Below are positions 1-9,980 of a stretch of DNA of 64,000 nt, one piece after another. The stretch comes from an uncultured virus (IMG/VR IMGVR_UViG_3300046758_000519) (taxonomy: Duplodnaviria; Heunggongvirae; Uroviricota; Caudoviricetes). The stretch is taken from the IMG/VR virus record IMGVR_UViG_3300046758_000519, one strand, 5' to 3'. The notes under the pieces were generated by a model, which saw nothing but the letters and a program-made list of their open reading frames with translations, did no database searches and was not told the DNA's origin. The position numbers and the translations under genes were made by a program. Each line of letters begins with the position of its first letter. Within the stretch, counting starts at the first letter, position 1.

Positions 1-33
1 TTTTCTTTTTTTCGGATTATACTTCATACTCAT
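1..33 (-). CDS. possible N-terminus of a gene running off the left edge (MSMKYNPKKRK...)
   Basis: ATG at 31-33, frame open to window edge, same strand as all neighbours; too short to verify. Confidence 0.35.
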   Translation of the reverse strand, partial: MSMKYNPKKRK

Positions 34-67
34 AAATATGAGCATATATTGAAATTATAAAAATAAA

Positions 68-631
68 TTATTTATTAATACAATTCTCAAAAGCAGTTTC
101 AACATGAGCAATGCATTTTTCTAAAGCATCATCTCCGTATCTTTCCCACTCTACCAAACAATCTGCATCTTTTTTAAGCAAAGGATCATTTTTCTTTTCA
201 TAATCATTTGCTGGTTTGTTGCCAATCATATTTAAATGTATTACACATCCACCTATTTTGTGAACATATTCGATTTCATTTGGAAAACGAATATCAGTTA
301 CAATGCTCACGATATTGTTTTTTTGATTTTCAACAATAATTTCTTCAACTTTTTTTACCCAACATAAATCATCTTGCTTACGCATTATTTCTGTTCCCCA
401 AGTTGTTAACATAGGACGAATAATTTCTTTTTCTGATGTTACTTCTGTAAATGCTGATATACCTAGTTTTTCAATTAAAAAAGCATCAACATCTTTTTTA
501 AGTTCATCGGCAAACGCAAGTCGTTGTGATTCATAGTTGCGAGATTTTAAATATTCTCTCGCATAATTACAAAAAGTATCTTTTCCACATCTGGCAAGAC
601 CGGTAAGTCCTATGATCATTGGAATATTCAT
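68..631 (-). CDS. deoxynucleoside monophosphate kinase (phage T4 gp1-like P-loop kinase)
   Basis: IIGLTGLARCGKDT P-loop, AFADELK, R-x-x-L-x-x-WGTE, TDIRFPNE motifs typical of phage dNMP kinases. Confidence 0.85.
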   Translation of the reverse strand: MNIPMIIGLTGLARCGKDTFCNYAREYLKSRNYESQRLAFADELKKDVDAFLIEKLGISAFTEVTSEKEIIRPMLTTWGTEIMRKQDDLCWVKKVEEIIVENQKNNIVSIVTDIRFPNEIEYVHKIGGCVIHLNMIGNKPANDYEKKNDPLLKKDADCLVEWERYGDDALEKCIAHVETAFENCINK

Positions 632-639
632 TACAATCT

Positions 640-647
640 ATAAGTAT
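640..647 (-). promoter_or_regulatory. ATACTTAT variant of the recurrent upstream motif
   Basis: 8 nt before ATG at 631. Confidence 0.4.
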
Positions 648-665
648 TATAATAAACTAATATTT

Positions 666-1091
666 TTAAAAAAAATCACGATACTTTGGTACTTCCAACG
701 AAAAATCTTCTACCGGTTCTAGTTCAGGTGGTGGATCAAATTCTACATCAGGTGAAGTATTTAATTTAGGTACTTCAATTGCATCTTCTGGTTTAGGTTT
801 ATTGCTCCAACTATCTGGTACTTGAAGGCGATCCTGAGCAGATGTACGGTAAATTCCAGGATCAAGATTAAATACTGTTAAATCTTCAAAATTGCCACCC
901 CAAATTGGATCTGCTTTTGGAAAATCTGTTTGTGTATATCCTCCGTTACGAAACCAAGCATCCGATTTTCCACTCATTTCACTTCCAAGTGTTCTAACTC
1001 TACCTCCTGCTAACCAATTACCAAAATCAGGTTCAGTATCACTATACGCAGATACTCCAACAGAACTTGCTTCGTTAACACTTTTTTTCAC
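666..1091 (-). CDS. hypothetical protein (acidic, Pro-rich C-terminus)
   Basis: 141 aa ORF, GTG start, fills gap on coding strand; no recognised motif. Confidence 0.7.
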   Translation of the reverse strand: MKKSVNEASSVGVSAYSDTEPDFGNWLAGGRVRTLGSEMSGKSDAWFRNGGYTQTDFPKADPIWGGNFEDLTVFNLDPGIYRTSAQDRLQVPDSWSNKPKPEDAIEVPKLNTSPDVEFDPPPELEPVEDFSLEVPKYRDFF

Positions 1092-1111
1092 AAATATATA
1101 TATTATGCTGA

Positions 1112-2770
1112 TTATAGAATTTGACGAACATTTGATCTTATTCCATAATATCCATCATTTGCTAAAAGTTTATTTTGATATAAATTGATATGACATTTTA
1201 ATTTATTTATACGATTCATTTCAGTCCACCCCATTTTCTTATGATCGTCTTTTTGATTTGCCATACTTAATTCTTTTCCACCTTCATTTTCAATAGCACG
1301 ATTAAAAAGTGCATCAGTTGGATTTACATACTTACACCCACTTGCTTCTGCTCGTTTAATAATATCCCAATCTTGATATCCCATTGGAAGCAACGACTGA
1401 TCGTATCCACCAATTTCATCAAACTTTTTTTTCGTTAGTGCAATTCTTCCAAAATTTCCATTTTTGGGATTCCAATCAAATTGATGAATCACACAGTTGT
1501 AATCGTTTTTTTCAAAATGATCAATAACAAATTTTCCTCCTCGGTATCCTGTAAAATTATCACAATCTAAAGTTACTACAATTGTACCTTTTGCTTGATG
1601 TGTTGCTGTATTTTTACCTATACTGGCGTGCCACTCTGATAATATATCTGTTTCATAGCAACGCAAATAATCACACTCTGTGTATTTTTCAAGATTTTGT
1701 GATTGCAACCATTCACGAAATCCGTCTTTGCTATTTATATCCATTAATATAAATTCTACATCATCACGGTCTTTCCAATTATCTTCAAGATTTTTTAGTA
1801 ATGTTTGCTCTATTTGATGAAAACGATTCATCAAGGCCATTACAAATGATAATTTTTTTGCTCCACATGAAATATTTGGTATTCCAGTTGTTTTCTCTGT
1901 GAAATAATCATAAGATGCAAGTGGATCGTAAATTTTATTTTCTTGATTTTCAATTTTTTTCATAAAATCAGGAAGTTCTTTTTTCATGCGTTTATATAAT
2001 TTTACAGATACATCATCTTGATTTTTTTTGTCGGACATCAAATGTGTGTATTTTACATCACTATATCGAATTGCAAATGGTTCAAGTTTTTGCGAATCTA
2101 TTTTTGCACCACAATACCACAAATCATAAATCTTATGAGTATTTTTAAAAGTTTTGTGTGAACCGTTGGATTGAAATACATTTAAATTATTTTCATTGTA
2201 TATCAAACGAACAATTTCAATTGCGTGTTCTGTAATAAATTTTACATTTGTTCCTCCGTATATTCCTTTACTTGGAATTTTAAAATTACCTTTTGCCAAT
2301 TTATACCACCTGGGACGAGTATCAAGTGAATTTCGTTTCATTGAATCAAATTCATTTAGATATTCATTTGGTGTTTCGTGCCAATCTTCTATTATCAAAC
2401 TTGAAGATAATAAGTTTGAATCTTCTGGAATTTCCCATAAAATAAAATCATTTTCAAGTAAAACAAATGGTTCTTTCATTTTACTACAAGCAAGTGCTTT
2501 TGCACTTGAATAAAAGTAACTTGGAATATTTTTTTCGTTAAGTTCTTCTAAATCATCGTATATTTCATCAAACTCAATAATTTTACAAATCTGTGTAATT
2601 GCTTCACGATCACCGAAAAATACAATTTTATCAAAAAATTTACGAGATTGCTCTACACTTAATTTTAAAGAAACAAGCAAATCATTTTTTCGTTGAAAGT
2701 TACTATAAATATTTTTTTCTAGAAATGGTTTTGCCCAATAAGCATAAACTGCCGTTTTTATTTCATTCAT
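1112..2770 (-). CDS. two-domain protein: DUF6734-like N-terminus plus GT2/GT7-like glycosyltransferase C-terminus
   Basis: N-term AYWAKPF...KALAC..MKEPFVLLENDF; C-term MNRFHQI, LDCDNF (DxD), IGGYDQSLLPMGYQDWD. Confidence 0.75.
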   Translation of the reverse strand: MNEIKTAVYAYWAKPFLEKNIYSNFQRKNDLLVSLKLSVEQSRKFFDKIVFFGDREAITQICKIIEFDEIYDDLEELNEKNIPSYFYSSAKALACSKMKEPFVLLENDFILWEIPEDSNLLSSSLIIEDWHETPNEYLNEFDSMKRNSLDTRPRWYKLAKGNFKIPSKGIYGGTNVKFITEHAIEIVRLIYNENNLNVFQSNGSHKTFKNTHKIYDLWYCGAKIDSQKLEPFAIRYSDVKYTHLMSDKKNQDDVSVKLYKRMKKELPDFMKKIENQENKIYDPLASYDYFTEKTTGIPNISCGAKKLSFVMALMNRFHQIEQTLLKNLEDNWKDRDDVEFILMDINSKDGFREWLQSQNLEKYTECDYLRCYETDILSEWHASIGKNTATHQAKGTIVVTLDCDNFTGYRGGKFVIDHFEKNDYNCVIHQFDWNPKNGNFGRIALTKKKFDEIGGYDQSLLPMGYQDWDIIKRAEASGCKYVNPTDALFNRAIENEGGKELSMANQKDDHKKMGWTEMNRINKLKCHINLYQNKLLANDGYYGIRSNVRQIL

Positions 2771-2776
2771 TTTTGT

Positions 2777-2784
2777 ATAAATAT
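2777..2784 (-). promoter_or_regulatory. ATATTTAT putative phage promoter element
   Basis: 6 nt before ATG at 2770; recurs at many intergenic gaps. Confidence 0.5.
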
Positions 2785-2792
2785 TAAATAAA

Positions 2793-3782
2793 TCACAAAT
2801 TAGACATACACCATTTTATAGTTTCTCGTAACTTTCCTTCAAAATTCTTTGTTGGATTCCAATTTAATTCATTGTGAATTTTACTAAAGTCAACTGCGTA
2901 ACGAAAATCGTGTCCTTTGCGGTCTTCAACGAAAGTCAATTGTTCTGAGTATTTGGTTTTCTTAGGTTTTAGTTCATCAAGAATATCACAAATTTTATTT
3001 GCAAGTTCAAGATTGTTGAGTTCTTTGTCTCCACCTACATTATATATTTCACCAGTTTTTCCGTTGTGAAATACTTCGTCAATTGCAACGCAATGATCTT
3101 CAACAAACAACCAATCACGAACATTGTCACCGTTTCCGTATATAGGAATATCCTTACCAGCAAGTGCAGTACGAGCAATCGTTGGAATTAATTTCTCACG
3201 ATGCTGATGAGGACCATAATTGTTTGAACAACTCGTTGTAATCACATTAAGTTTGTATGTTTCAAAATAAGCATTTACAAAGAAGTTACCACTTGCTTTA
3301 CTTGCACTATAAGGACTATTAGGATCAAACGGAGTATTTTCCGAAAATTTTCCAGTTGCTCCTAATGTGCCGTAAATTTCGTCTGTGGACACATAATGAA
3401 ATCTTCCGTTGCCTTGATTACGAAATGCTTCTAGAAGCACACAAGTGCCTACTACATTCGTTGTAACGAAGTCTAATGGTCTTTCGATACTATTGTCTAC
3501 GTGTGATTCGGCGGCAAGATGAATTACTGAATCAATGTTGTGTTCATCGAAAAGTTTGTTCACCAACTTTTCATCACGAATGTCTCCTTTTGCAAATACG
3601 TAATTCGGATTGTTCTTCAAAGATTCAAGGTAACTTGCGTCAGAAGCATAAGTCATCAAGTCCAAGTTGATTAACTTGTAATTAGGATACTTCTTCGCAA
3701 GATGCAGAACAAGGTTTGAACCAATGAATCCACAACCTCCTGTTATTAATATGTTTTTAGTTTTCATTGTAGAATTTCTCAT
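2793..3782 (-). CDS. rmlB: dTDP-glucose 4,6-dehydratase
   Basis: ITGGCGFIGSN, HLAAESHVDNSI, STDEIYG, PYSASKAS, SNNYGP, DRKGHDFRYA. Confidence 0.95.
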   Translation of the reverse strand: MRNSTMKTKNILITGGCGFIGSNLVLHLAKKYPNYKLINLDLMTYASDASYLESLKNNPNYVFAKGDIRDEKLVNKLFDEHNIDSVIHLAAESHVDNSIERPLDFVTTNVVGTCVLLEAFRNQGNGRFHYVSTDEIYGTLGATGKFSENTPFDPNSPYSASKASGNFFVNAYFETYKLNVITTSCSNNYGPHQHREKLIPTIARTALAGKDIPIYGNGDNVRDWLFVEDHCVAIDEVFHNGKTGEIYNVGGDKELNNLELANKICDILDELKPKKTKYSEQLTFVEDRKGHDFRYAVDFSKIHNELNWNPTKNFEGKLRETIKWCMSNL

Positions 3783-4546
3783 ATTACTTTTTCTCTTTTC
3801 TTCAGTTTTTCATTGAATATTTCTTCTTGTTTTTCGGATTTGTACAAATATTCAAACCCCCAACCTTTCTTTTTATTAATTTCTGCCATTCTTTGTCCAG
3901 ATCGCAATTGGTTATTCACAAAATTTTCTTCAGATAGATACTTGTAATGTAATAATTTTAATTCACCATCATACAAACTCACTTGTTTAACTCGTCTTCT
4001 CCACCGTTGCCCGTTTATTACAGGTTTACAACTATGTGATCCAGACCCATAATTAATTTCTACGACACTTTTTGGACGAAAAATACAAGTTTTATCCCAC
4101 TCGTTGTTCCGAACCCCATACTGAAAGTCTTTATCGTCATAAAAATTTCCTGTATGTTTCGGTAATTTAGTTGATACCATATCAAATCCAGTTGCACGAA
4201 TAATTCTTTTATTGGTTTCATTTAAAAGATACATCAAGTAATTATTTAATCCATCATTATGATATAATATTTCATCAACGTCACCGACTATTACCCAATC
4301 AGCATCTTTGCTTTGCTTCCAACAATTGTTTTTAATATTAGTTAATATTTTATCGTTTATTTCGTTTTGATTATATGTTTCAGTTTCCCAAATTACATTA
4401 TCATATTTTGTTGCAATTTCTTTACTTGAGTCAGTAGAACCGTTGTCATATATTGTGATTTTTCTACACAACGGTGCATACAAATTAAGATAATATTTTA
4501 ATCTTATTTGTTCATTGTAACAAAAAGTATATGCATCAATTATCAT
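3779..4546 (-). CDS. GT-A fold glycosyltransferase (GT2-like)
   Basis: CYNE, IYDNGSTDSS, WVIVGDVDE, LLHYKY. Confidence 0.8.
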   Translation of the reverse strand: MIIDAYTFCYNEQIRLKYYLNLYAPLCRKITIYDNGSTDSSKEIATKYDNVIWETETYNQNEINDKILTNIKNNCWKQSKDADWVIVGDVDEILYHNDGLNNYLMYLLNETNKRIIRATGFDMVSTKLPKHTGNFYDDKDFQYGVRNNEWDKTCIFRPKSVVEINYGSGSHSCKPVINGQRWRRRVKQVSLYDGELKLLHYKYLSEENFVNNQLRSGQRMAEINKKKGWGFEYLYKSEKQEEIFNEKLKKREKVI

Positions 4547-4628
4547 TATTTGCTAACCCAAGTTGAATATATTTATCAATTCTCCACTTCACATTTGTAA
4601 CTACACTATTATTTTTATTAGGGTTATA

Positions 4629-5357
4629 TTACTTCTCATTCGTTTTCTTAAATTCTTTAAAGCACATACCCACCGACATATCCTCACTTCCAAAATTGTG
4701 TTGAAAGTTTTTCTGAAAAATATTGTCACATTCAATTGAATTTTGCATAAAATTACAAAATTTATTACTTACTATATAAAATTTACCTCTAAAATAAGTT
4801 ACAGGTTCTGATATAAAAAGCTCAGTATCAAGATCTCTATTCTCTTCAATTAAAATTGGTAAAAAATGTTTTTTATATTTCATAAACCATTTTTTGCTTT
4901 GAAAACCTGTAATATTATTATTATTGAGATGACCCCAATAGTCACAATCGTATTTAAAATGTTTTAAATAACCTATACAACTTCTTGCACTATCCTTTCT
5001 TGAGTATCTCCTTGATCTAAGTTTAGTACCAGCATCCCATTTTACCAAAAAATCAAAGTCAAATAAACTTGAACAGGCTTTGAACATCATTTTTGTTTTA
5101 AGAGATAAGTGCGTATAGCATTCTTTAACTTTAACATATAAAATACCTTCGTTTTCATCGTAACGAAAATCACTATTCTGATTATTGTCACTTAAAACTA
5201 TTATATTTTTTTGATTTTTAATTGTAGAATTATTTATTTGTTTTCTAAGTTTTTTAGCAATTTTTAAATCATCATGTGAACTGTAAATGCAGATTAGTAA
5301 CTTGTTTTTTTTAATAAATTCTTGATTATCCGTACTTTCATCCTGCTCTAAATTCAT
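4629..5357 (-). CDS. putative glycosyltransferase (GT31-like)
   Basis: ECYTHLSLKT, FLVKWD, YFRGKFY, SEDMSVG motifs resemble galactosyltransferase family 31. Confidence 0.6.
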   Translation of the reverse strand: MNLEQDESTDNQEFIKKNKLLICIYSSHDDLKIAKKLRKQINNSTIKNQKNIIVLSDNNQNSDFRYDENEGILYVKVKECYTHLSLKTKMMFKACSSLFDFDFLVKWDAGTKLRSRRYSRKDSARSCIGYLKHFKYDCDYWGHLNNNNITGFQSKKWFMKYKKHFLPILIEENRDLDTELFISEPVTYFRGKFYIVSNKFCNFMQNSIECDNIFQKNFQHNFGSEDMSVGMCFKEFKKTNEK

Positions 5358-5361
5358 AATT

Positions 5362-6246
5362 TTACTCCTTCACCCATTTGTCAAACGAATCTTCAACTGC
5401 ATCCATGCAATAACGCATTTTGATCCCCGTGTTTAATAATTTGCTATTGTCCATTACGCAATTTGATCTTGGTGCAGTTGCTCCTTTGCTATAAAACTCT
5501 GAATCATCTTCCCAATATTCAAATTCTTTTTCTAACTTGAATTTCTTTTTCATACATTCAACGACTTGTTTGGTTGTAACATATCCTCCGTTGGTTACAT
5601 TATAGATTCCATAATCGCATTTGTTCAAAGGTAAATCAAGACAAGCATTTACAAATTCTTCACGATGGGAAATTGAATTAACTGCATTATACACTTTGTC
5701 GTATCTTTGAATCTTAGATAAATAATTACGATTTGAATCAAATTGATCAAATGGAATTCTAAGTCTGCAAGTATATACTTTTTCAAACTTGCTTAAAATT
5801 TCTTCACCAAGTGCTTTGCTTCCACTATAGAAACTACAAGGAGGTTGATCGTATGAAAAGTTAGGAACATCTTCTTCGGTGAATCCGATTTTGTTTCCGT
5901 TGACATCTTCTCCTTTGTCACCCGCATAAATGCAACCACTGCTTACATGAACCAACGGAACATCATTAAGTTCACATACTTGACCAAGAATCTGAGGAAG
6001 AAGAACATTTCCGATGATTGTTCCACTTTTATTGATTTCACATTGATCAACATTTGGTTTTCCTGTGAAACCACCTGCGTTTAATACAAACTCAGGTTTT
6101 GCATTTACAATTTCATTGTTCAATGTTTTAAAGTCATAGTAATTAACTTCACTTCTTGAAAGATTGTTAAACTCAATATTTCTTTGAGATAAAATCTCTT
6201 GAAATTTCAGTCCGACATATCCTGTACCACCAATTAATAATATCAT
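5362..6246 (-). CDS. rmlD: NDP-4-keto-6-deoxyglucose 3,5-epimerase/4-reductase (NRS/ER type; RmlD substrate-binding family)
   Basis: GGTGYVG, NAGGFTGKPNVDQCE, HVSSGCIY, SFYSGSK, RLRIPF, APRSNCVMD. Confidence 0.85.
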   Translation of the reverse strand: MILLIGGTGYVGLKFQEILSQRNIEFNNLSRSEVNYYDFKTLNNEIVNAKPEFVLNAGGFTGKPNVDQCEINKSGTIIGNVLLPQILGQVCELNDVPLVHVSSGCIYAGDKGEDVNGNKIGFTEEDVPNFSYDQPPCSFYSGSKALGEEILSKFEKVYTCRLRIPFDQFDSNRNYLSKIQRYDKVYNAVNSISHREEFVNACLDLPLNKCDYGIYNVTNGGYVTTKQVVECMKKKFKLEKEFEYWEDDSEFYSKGATAPRSNCVMDNSKLLNTGIKMRYCMDAVEDSFDKWVKE

Positions 6247-6250
6247 AGTT

Positions 6251-6258
6251 ATAAATAT
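6251..6258 (-). promoter_or_regulatory. ATATTTAT putative phage promoter element
   Basis: 4 nt before ATG at 6246. Confidence 0.55.
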
Positions 6259-6306
6259 TAGTTATTATAAAAACTTTCCTCGTAAAGCATTCCTATACGA
6301 AGTTTT
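6251..6306 (-). repeat. orphan copy of rmlA 3' end plus downstream spacer (KTSYRNALRGKFL*)
   Basis: 6251-6279 identical to 12070-12098; 6265-6306 translates to a variant of the RmlA C-terminus KSSYKDALRGKFL*. Confidence 0.9.
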
Positions 6307-7080
6307 TTATTTTTGCATAAACCAATTTGTATAGTTTTTAACGATTTGATCGTAAATTCTATTTGTTTTAATAAACATAATTTCAAATGGATTTATTGTT
6401 GTACCAAAATATTTTCCTGGTTTGTTAATATCATCGTGTTTAACATTATCATATTTAGACATTTGAAATGGTTTGATTTCGTATCCATTTTCTATTAACA
6501 ACCTACTACATCCAATTTCATGTTCACCTATGACTTGATTTCTTTCTTTATTTTCTGTATCAAATTTATTATTTTTTAGCAATAGATTTAATGCCACTTT
6601 ATCTACACCGAAACAAAAACTTTGAATATGTGTATTCTGTCCTCTTTTAATTCCCAATTGCCGTTGTAGAAATCTATGTCGTCTTGCAGTAAACCAAGTT
6701 GGTCCTACCATTTTTACTTTATCATCTATTTTATCCAAAAACATATCAACCCAAGTTAAACTTGAAGGCACATAATCAGGAATAAAGGGTCCCCGACAAG
6801 TATCATTTATAAAAATAAAATAATTAAAATCATTTATATTTACAGAATCAAGTGAGTGTTTATATGCACCAAAGTCATATCCTGCGTTATGTCCTTGAAT
6901 TGCAGAAACATTTTTTCTTGGAATAATATTTTCTATTCCAGTTTCACTATTTATCACAAAATTAAAATAATAATTTTCGTTTTCAATTACACCAACTTTT
7001 TGAAAAAAATTTAAGTTTTCATTAAAAATTTTATTTTCACGTTCAAAATGTACAAAAGTAATTAGTGTTTTTTTATTCAT
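6307..7080 (-). CDS. glycosyltransferase-like protein (RgpF-related), paralog of 16149-16913
   Basis: GYDFGAY, FIFINDTCRGPF, HIQSFCF, HEIG, NPFEIMFIK shared with paralog. Confidence 0.65.
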   Translation of the reverse strand: MNKKTLITFVHFERENKIFNENLNFFQKVGVIENENYYFNFVINSETGIENIIPRKNVSAIQGHNAGYDFGAYKHSLDSVNINDFNYFIFINDTCRGPFIPDYVPSSLTWVDMFLDKIDDKVKMVGPTWFTARRHRFLQRQLGIKRGQNTHIQSFCFGVDKVALNLLLKNNKFDTENKERNQVIGEHEIGCSRLLIENGYEIKPFQMSKYDNVKHDDINKPGKYFGTTINPFEIMFIKTNRIYDQIVKNYTNWFMQK

Positions 7081-7118
7081 AAAAACTTTCCACGCAAAGC
7101 ATTCTTATATGAAGATTT
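7077..7118 (-). repeat. orphan copy of rmlA 3' end (KSSYKNALRGKFL*)
   Basis: translates to near-exact RmlA C-terminus; its TGA overlaps ATG of 6307-7080. Confidence 0.9.
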
Positions 7119-7260
7119 CCATATTTGTTTCCCAACACATACAATTTCCCGAGTTTGATCCCTTGGCCACACTCCCCGTTAATGTTTTTGTGGTTTTATT
7201 AATTTTATAGTCTTCATCTACTATAAATATATTAGTTAATATGTATTTCATGTTTTTCAT
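7105..7260 (-). pseudogene. truncated N-terminal paralog of the pyruvyltransferase at 7304-8401
   Basis: MKNMKYILTNIFIVDEDYKINKT...GSNSGNCMCWET versus MKYILTNIPNFILNDDY...GKNAGNCMFWES; about 30 nt identical to 8379-8408. Confidence 0.85.
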
Positions 7261-7303
7261 TTAAATTTGATAACGAAAGAATAAGAATTATTTTGTTCAC
7301 AAT

Positions 7304-8401
7304 TTATATTTTATATAACTTTTTATTGTCACTTATAGTTTTCTTTAATAAATCAAGTTTTGAAACATCAAAATTATTTTTAAAAATTTCAATTAGTTCA
7401 TTTTTGCTTTTAAAGTCAATTGGTTCGTTTATACAATTTACATAAGGAATATTCATTTGCTCACACAACTCATATGTACGTGAATCAATAGCAATACACA
7501 TAGATGGTAATCCAGCACACAACCCTAAAATTGTTCCATGAATCCGTGTACCGAACATAAAATCTGATTTATCTGCGAAGAAATCCATAGACTTAAAAAC
7601 ATTGTTTGAAAACTTAAAATTATCTTTATTTTTTTCTAATTTATCGGCATTTTTTATTTTAAGTTTTTTGCCATGATTGATGAAATTATACCAACCAAGA
7701 CCATCTACTGCTAAAGTATACACATCTTTATTACTCATTATACTTTTAAATGATTCATATAATTTTTCGTGTTGATTTTTTTGTGGAAAATTAATTCCTA
7801 CTTTAATTTCATCGTTGCTTTTATTCTTTAATTTTCTAAATTTTTCTTTTATATTATCGGTATCAATAGGTTTTAATAGAATTGAAGGACATCCTACTAC
7901 TTTTACATTATTTAGTGGCATTTCATTATATTTTAATAAATCGTAAGTATATTGACCTCGTAAGTAAGCATATTCAAAACATGGCAGAAATTTATTATAT
8001 AAAACTATTTCATGTTCTGTAAATTTTCGCATATCAAGAGTATCGTTTTGAGCACCAATTGAAAATAAATACTTTTTGCAATTCAAATCTTTTATTATAT
8101 TGTGATATACATTTAGTTGAGTATAACTAGCAGAATTAATATTATTAGCAAGAACTAAGACAACTGATTCAATTTTATCAATATAATTCTCTTTATTTTC
8201 ATCAAATGTTCTGAAATGTAATAATTCACACGATGTTTGATTTTGTATAATTTTCTTGGTTGATTCCCAGAACATACAATTTCCTGCGTTTTTTCCCATT
8301 AATTTTACGGGATGTAAGTCTTTTTCAGTTTTATTTAAGTTAATAAAATCATAGTCATCGTTTAATATAAAATTCGGTATATTAGTTAATATGTATTTCA
8401 T
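7304..8401 (-). CDS. polysaccharide pyruvyltransferase family protein
   Basis: NAGN, SIGAQ, YLRGQYT, GCPS, GTRIHG, DSRTYEL; start placed at MKYIL. Confidence 0.85.
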   Translation of the reverse strand: MKYILTNIPNFILNDDYDFINLNKTEKDLHPVKLMGKNAGNCMFWESTKKIIQNQTSCELLHFRTFDENKENYIDKIESVVLVLANNINSASYTQLNVYHNIIKDLNCKKYLFSIGAQNDTLDMRKFTEHEIVLYNKFLPCFEYAYLRGQYTYDLLKYNEMPLNNVKVVGCPSILLKPIDTDNIKEKFRKLKNKSNDEIKVGINFPQKNQHEKLYESFKSIMSNKDVYTLAVDGLGWYNFINHGKKLKIKNADKLEKNKDNFKFSNNVFKSMDFFADKSDFMFGTRIHGTILGLCAGLPSMCIAIDSRTYELCEQMNIPYVNCINEPIDFKSKNELIEIFKNNFDVSKLDLLKKTISDNKKLYKI

Positions 8402-9344
8402 GTTTTTCCTGTATGTATTTAATTGCCAAATCATAATATCCGTTTTTGATTATATCAGGATATTCCCAAGTTTCTTCATCGTCTATTGACAGATCATCAA
8501 AGAGTTTGTCACGATTTAAATATTTTTTTGCTACATTGTTATTGAATTTTTCGAAATCACTTAAAATTTGCTTTCGTTGTGCAGGAGAAATTAAGGACTT
8601 TGTATAATTGAAATCTATATCAAACGGGTTTCGGATGATTTTTATAATATTTGCATTGTTCTGCAAATCTAACTTTGGTAAAAGTGTTTGAATAAAAAGG
8701 ATTTGTTCTGCTTTAATTCCACCATTTTTACAGAATGATACATCTAGGTCTTTAAAATTTACATCAATATCTAGATTTTTTTTAAAAAAATTCTGAAGTA
8801 AATCTTCTTTTGGTGGGAAGGTATTGACTAAAATATTTTCCGTTCCAAATACACCCGCCCACGGTTCAAGCAGTTTTTCATAATTTAGTAGATTTGAAGA
8901 ATATAGTTCATCGATTTGGTCAGTTACAGTTCTTGAATAGTGACCAACTTTTACCATCTGCGTAAACCAAGAATAAATATAACTATCCTGAGACCGTAGA
9001 TATACAATTATTTTTACCTTACAAAGATCCGAATACATTTCTTTCAAATTCTCAATTTCTTCGATTTTTTCACCAGGAAGATACTCTGAGCTAAATAAAA
9101 ACTTATCTGTATTACTTTGTTTAATATAATTTCTTAAATTCTTTCTGGAATCTGACACAATCTTAAATCCTCTATGTCGTGTTCGTTTTGGATGACACTC
9201 TCTGTTGTATGAAAAATTGTGCATACCTGCGAAGTGACAATTATATATTTGCTCAAGTTTATCTTTGTTATCCTCTGAAAAGTGTTGGATAGTGGTGGTA
9301 CCTGTTTTACCTGTGCCTATGTGGATATATAGCGTTTTTTTCAT
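8382..9344 (-). CDS. P-loop sulfotransferase-like protein
   Basis: YIHIGTGKTGTTTIQ, FSSEYL, IVYLRSQD...SWF. Confidence 0.7.
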   Translation of the reverse strand: MKKTLYIHIGTGKTGTTTIQHFSEDNKDKLEQIYNCHFAGMHNFSYNRECHPKRTRHRGFKIVSDSRKNLRNYIKQSNTDKFLFSSEYLPGEKIEEIENLKEMYSDLCKVKIIVYLRSQDSYIYSWFTQMVKVGHYSRTVTDQIDELYSSNLLNYEKLLEPWAGVFGTENILVNTFPPKEDLLQNFFKKNLDIDVNFKDLDVSFCKNGGIKAEQILFIQTLLPKLDLQNNANIIKIIRNPFDIDFNYTKSLISPAQRKQILSDFEKFNNNVAKKYLNRDKLFDDLSIDDEETWEYPDIIKNGYYDLAIKYIQEKHEIHIN

Positions 9345-9347
9345 ATG

Positions 9348-9977
9348 CTATTCTCCAAATTCATAACCGAAATACTCAATGTCCTTTGCGTATTTTTCCG
9401 CAACGATTTGTTTTGTTTCATCGTCATAGTGTTCGGTGTAGTGTTTGTGGTTTGTTTTATTGATATGTGGAAGTTGTTGGTGCGGAATTCCAATTTTGTC
9501 GCAAATTGTATTAAAGTCTTCTTGAAGATTTTCGAATTTTCCTATAAAGTCACACCCATCACAGAAATCCAATGTGTTCATCGCCAGACCCAACCAAAAT
9601 GTGTCAAAATTCTTCCTTTTTAAGAATTGACTTAAAGACATATTTTGCACCCACTTGTACCCTCTGCGAATTAGATAGTGTCTTGCCGATACCACTTTGT
9701 CCCAAGGGTTGCGTGTAAATCCAAACTTAAAATATTCATGTTGATTTTCATATACATCAGGAGCAATATTTTTTAACTCATATAACGGAACATGGTTTCC
9801 ATCGTATTGTTTGCCAGTTTTTGATTTAACAAAGTCTTTATACTCTTTCTGAAAATTGGTATTTTTGATTATTTTCTTTGGCAAGTTTTTGGCCAACTCA
9901 AGGCAGTTTATAATTGTTGTACTTGCAGTCTTTTGATGTCTTACAAATATTATTTTTCTCTTCTTATCAATAATCAT
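9348..9977 (-). CDS. sulfotransferase (Sulfotransfer_2 family)
   Basis: KTASTT PAPS-binding loop, FTRNPWDKVVS, FIGKFENLQEDF, conserved YAKDIEYFGYEF tail. Confidence 0.88.
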   Translation of the reverse strand: MIIDKKRKIIFVRHQKTASTTIINCLELAKNLPKKIIKNTNFQKEYKDFVKSKTGKQYDGNHVPLYELKNIAPDVYENQHEYFKFGFTRNPWDKVVSARHYLIRRGYKWVQNMSLSQFLKRKNFDTFWLGLAMNTLDFCDGCDFIGKFENLQEDFNTICDKIGIPHQQLPHINKTNHKHYTEHYDDETKQIVAEKYAKDIEYFGYEFGE

Positions 9978-9980
9978 TTC

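Noticed and set aside
4546..4628. Gap ending in WVSK* with TAATG coupling, resembling the WVKE* end of the RmlD-like gene
   Set aside because: Fits the scar pattern, but only two codons match and an in-frame stop lies just upstream
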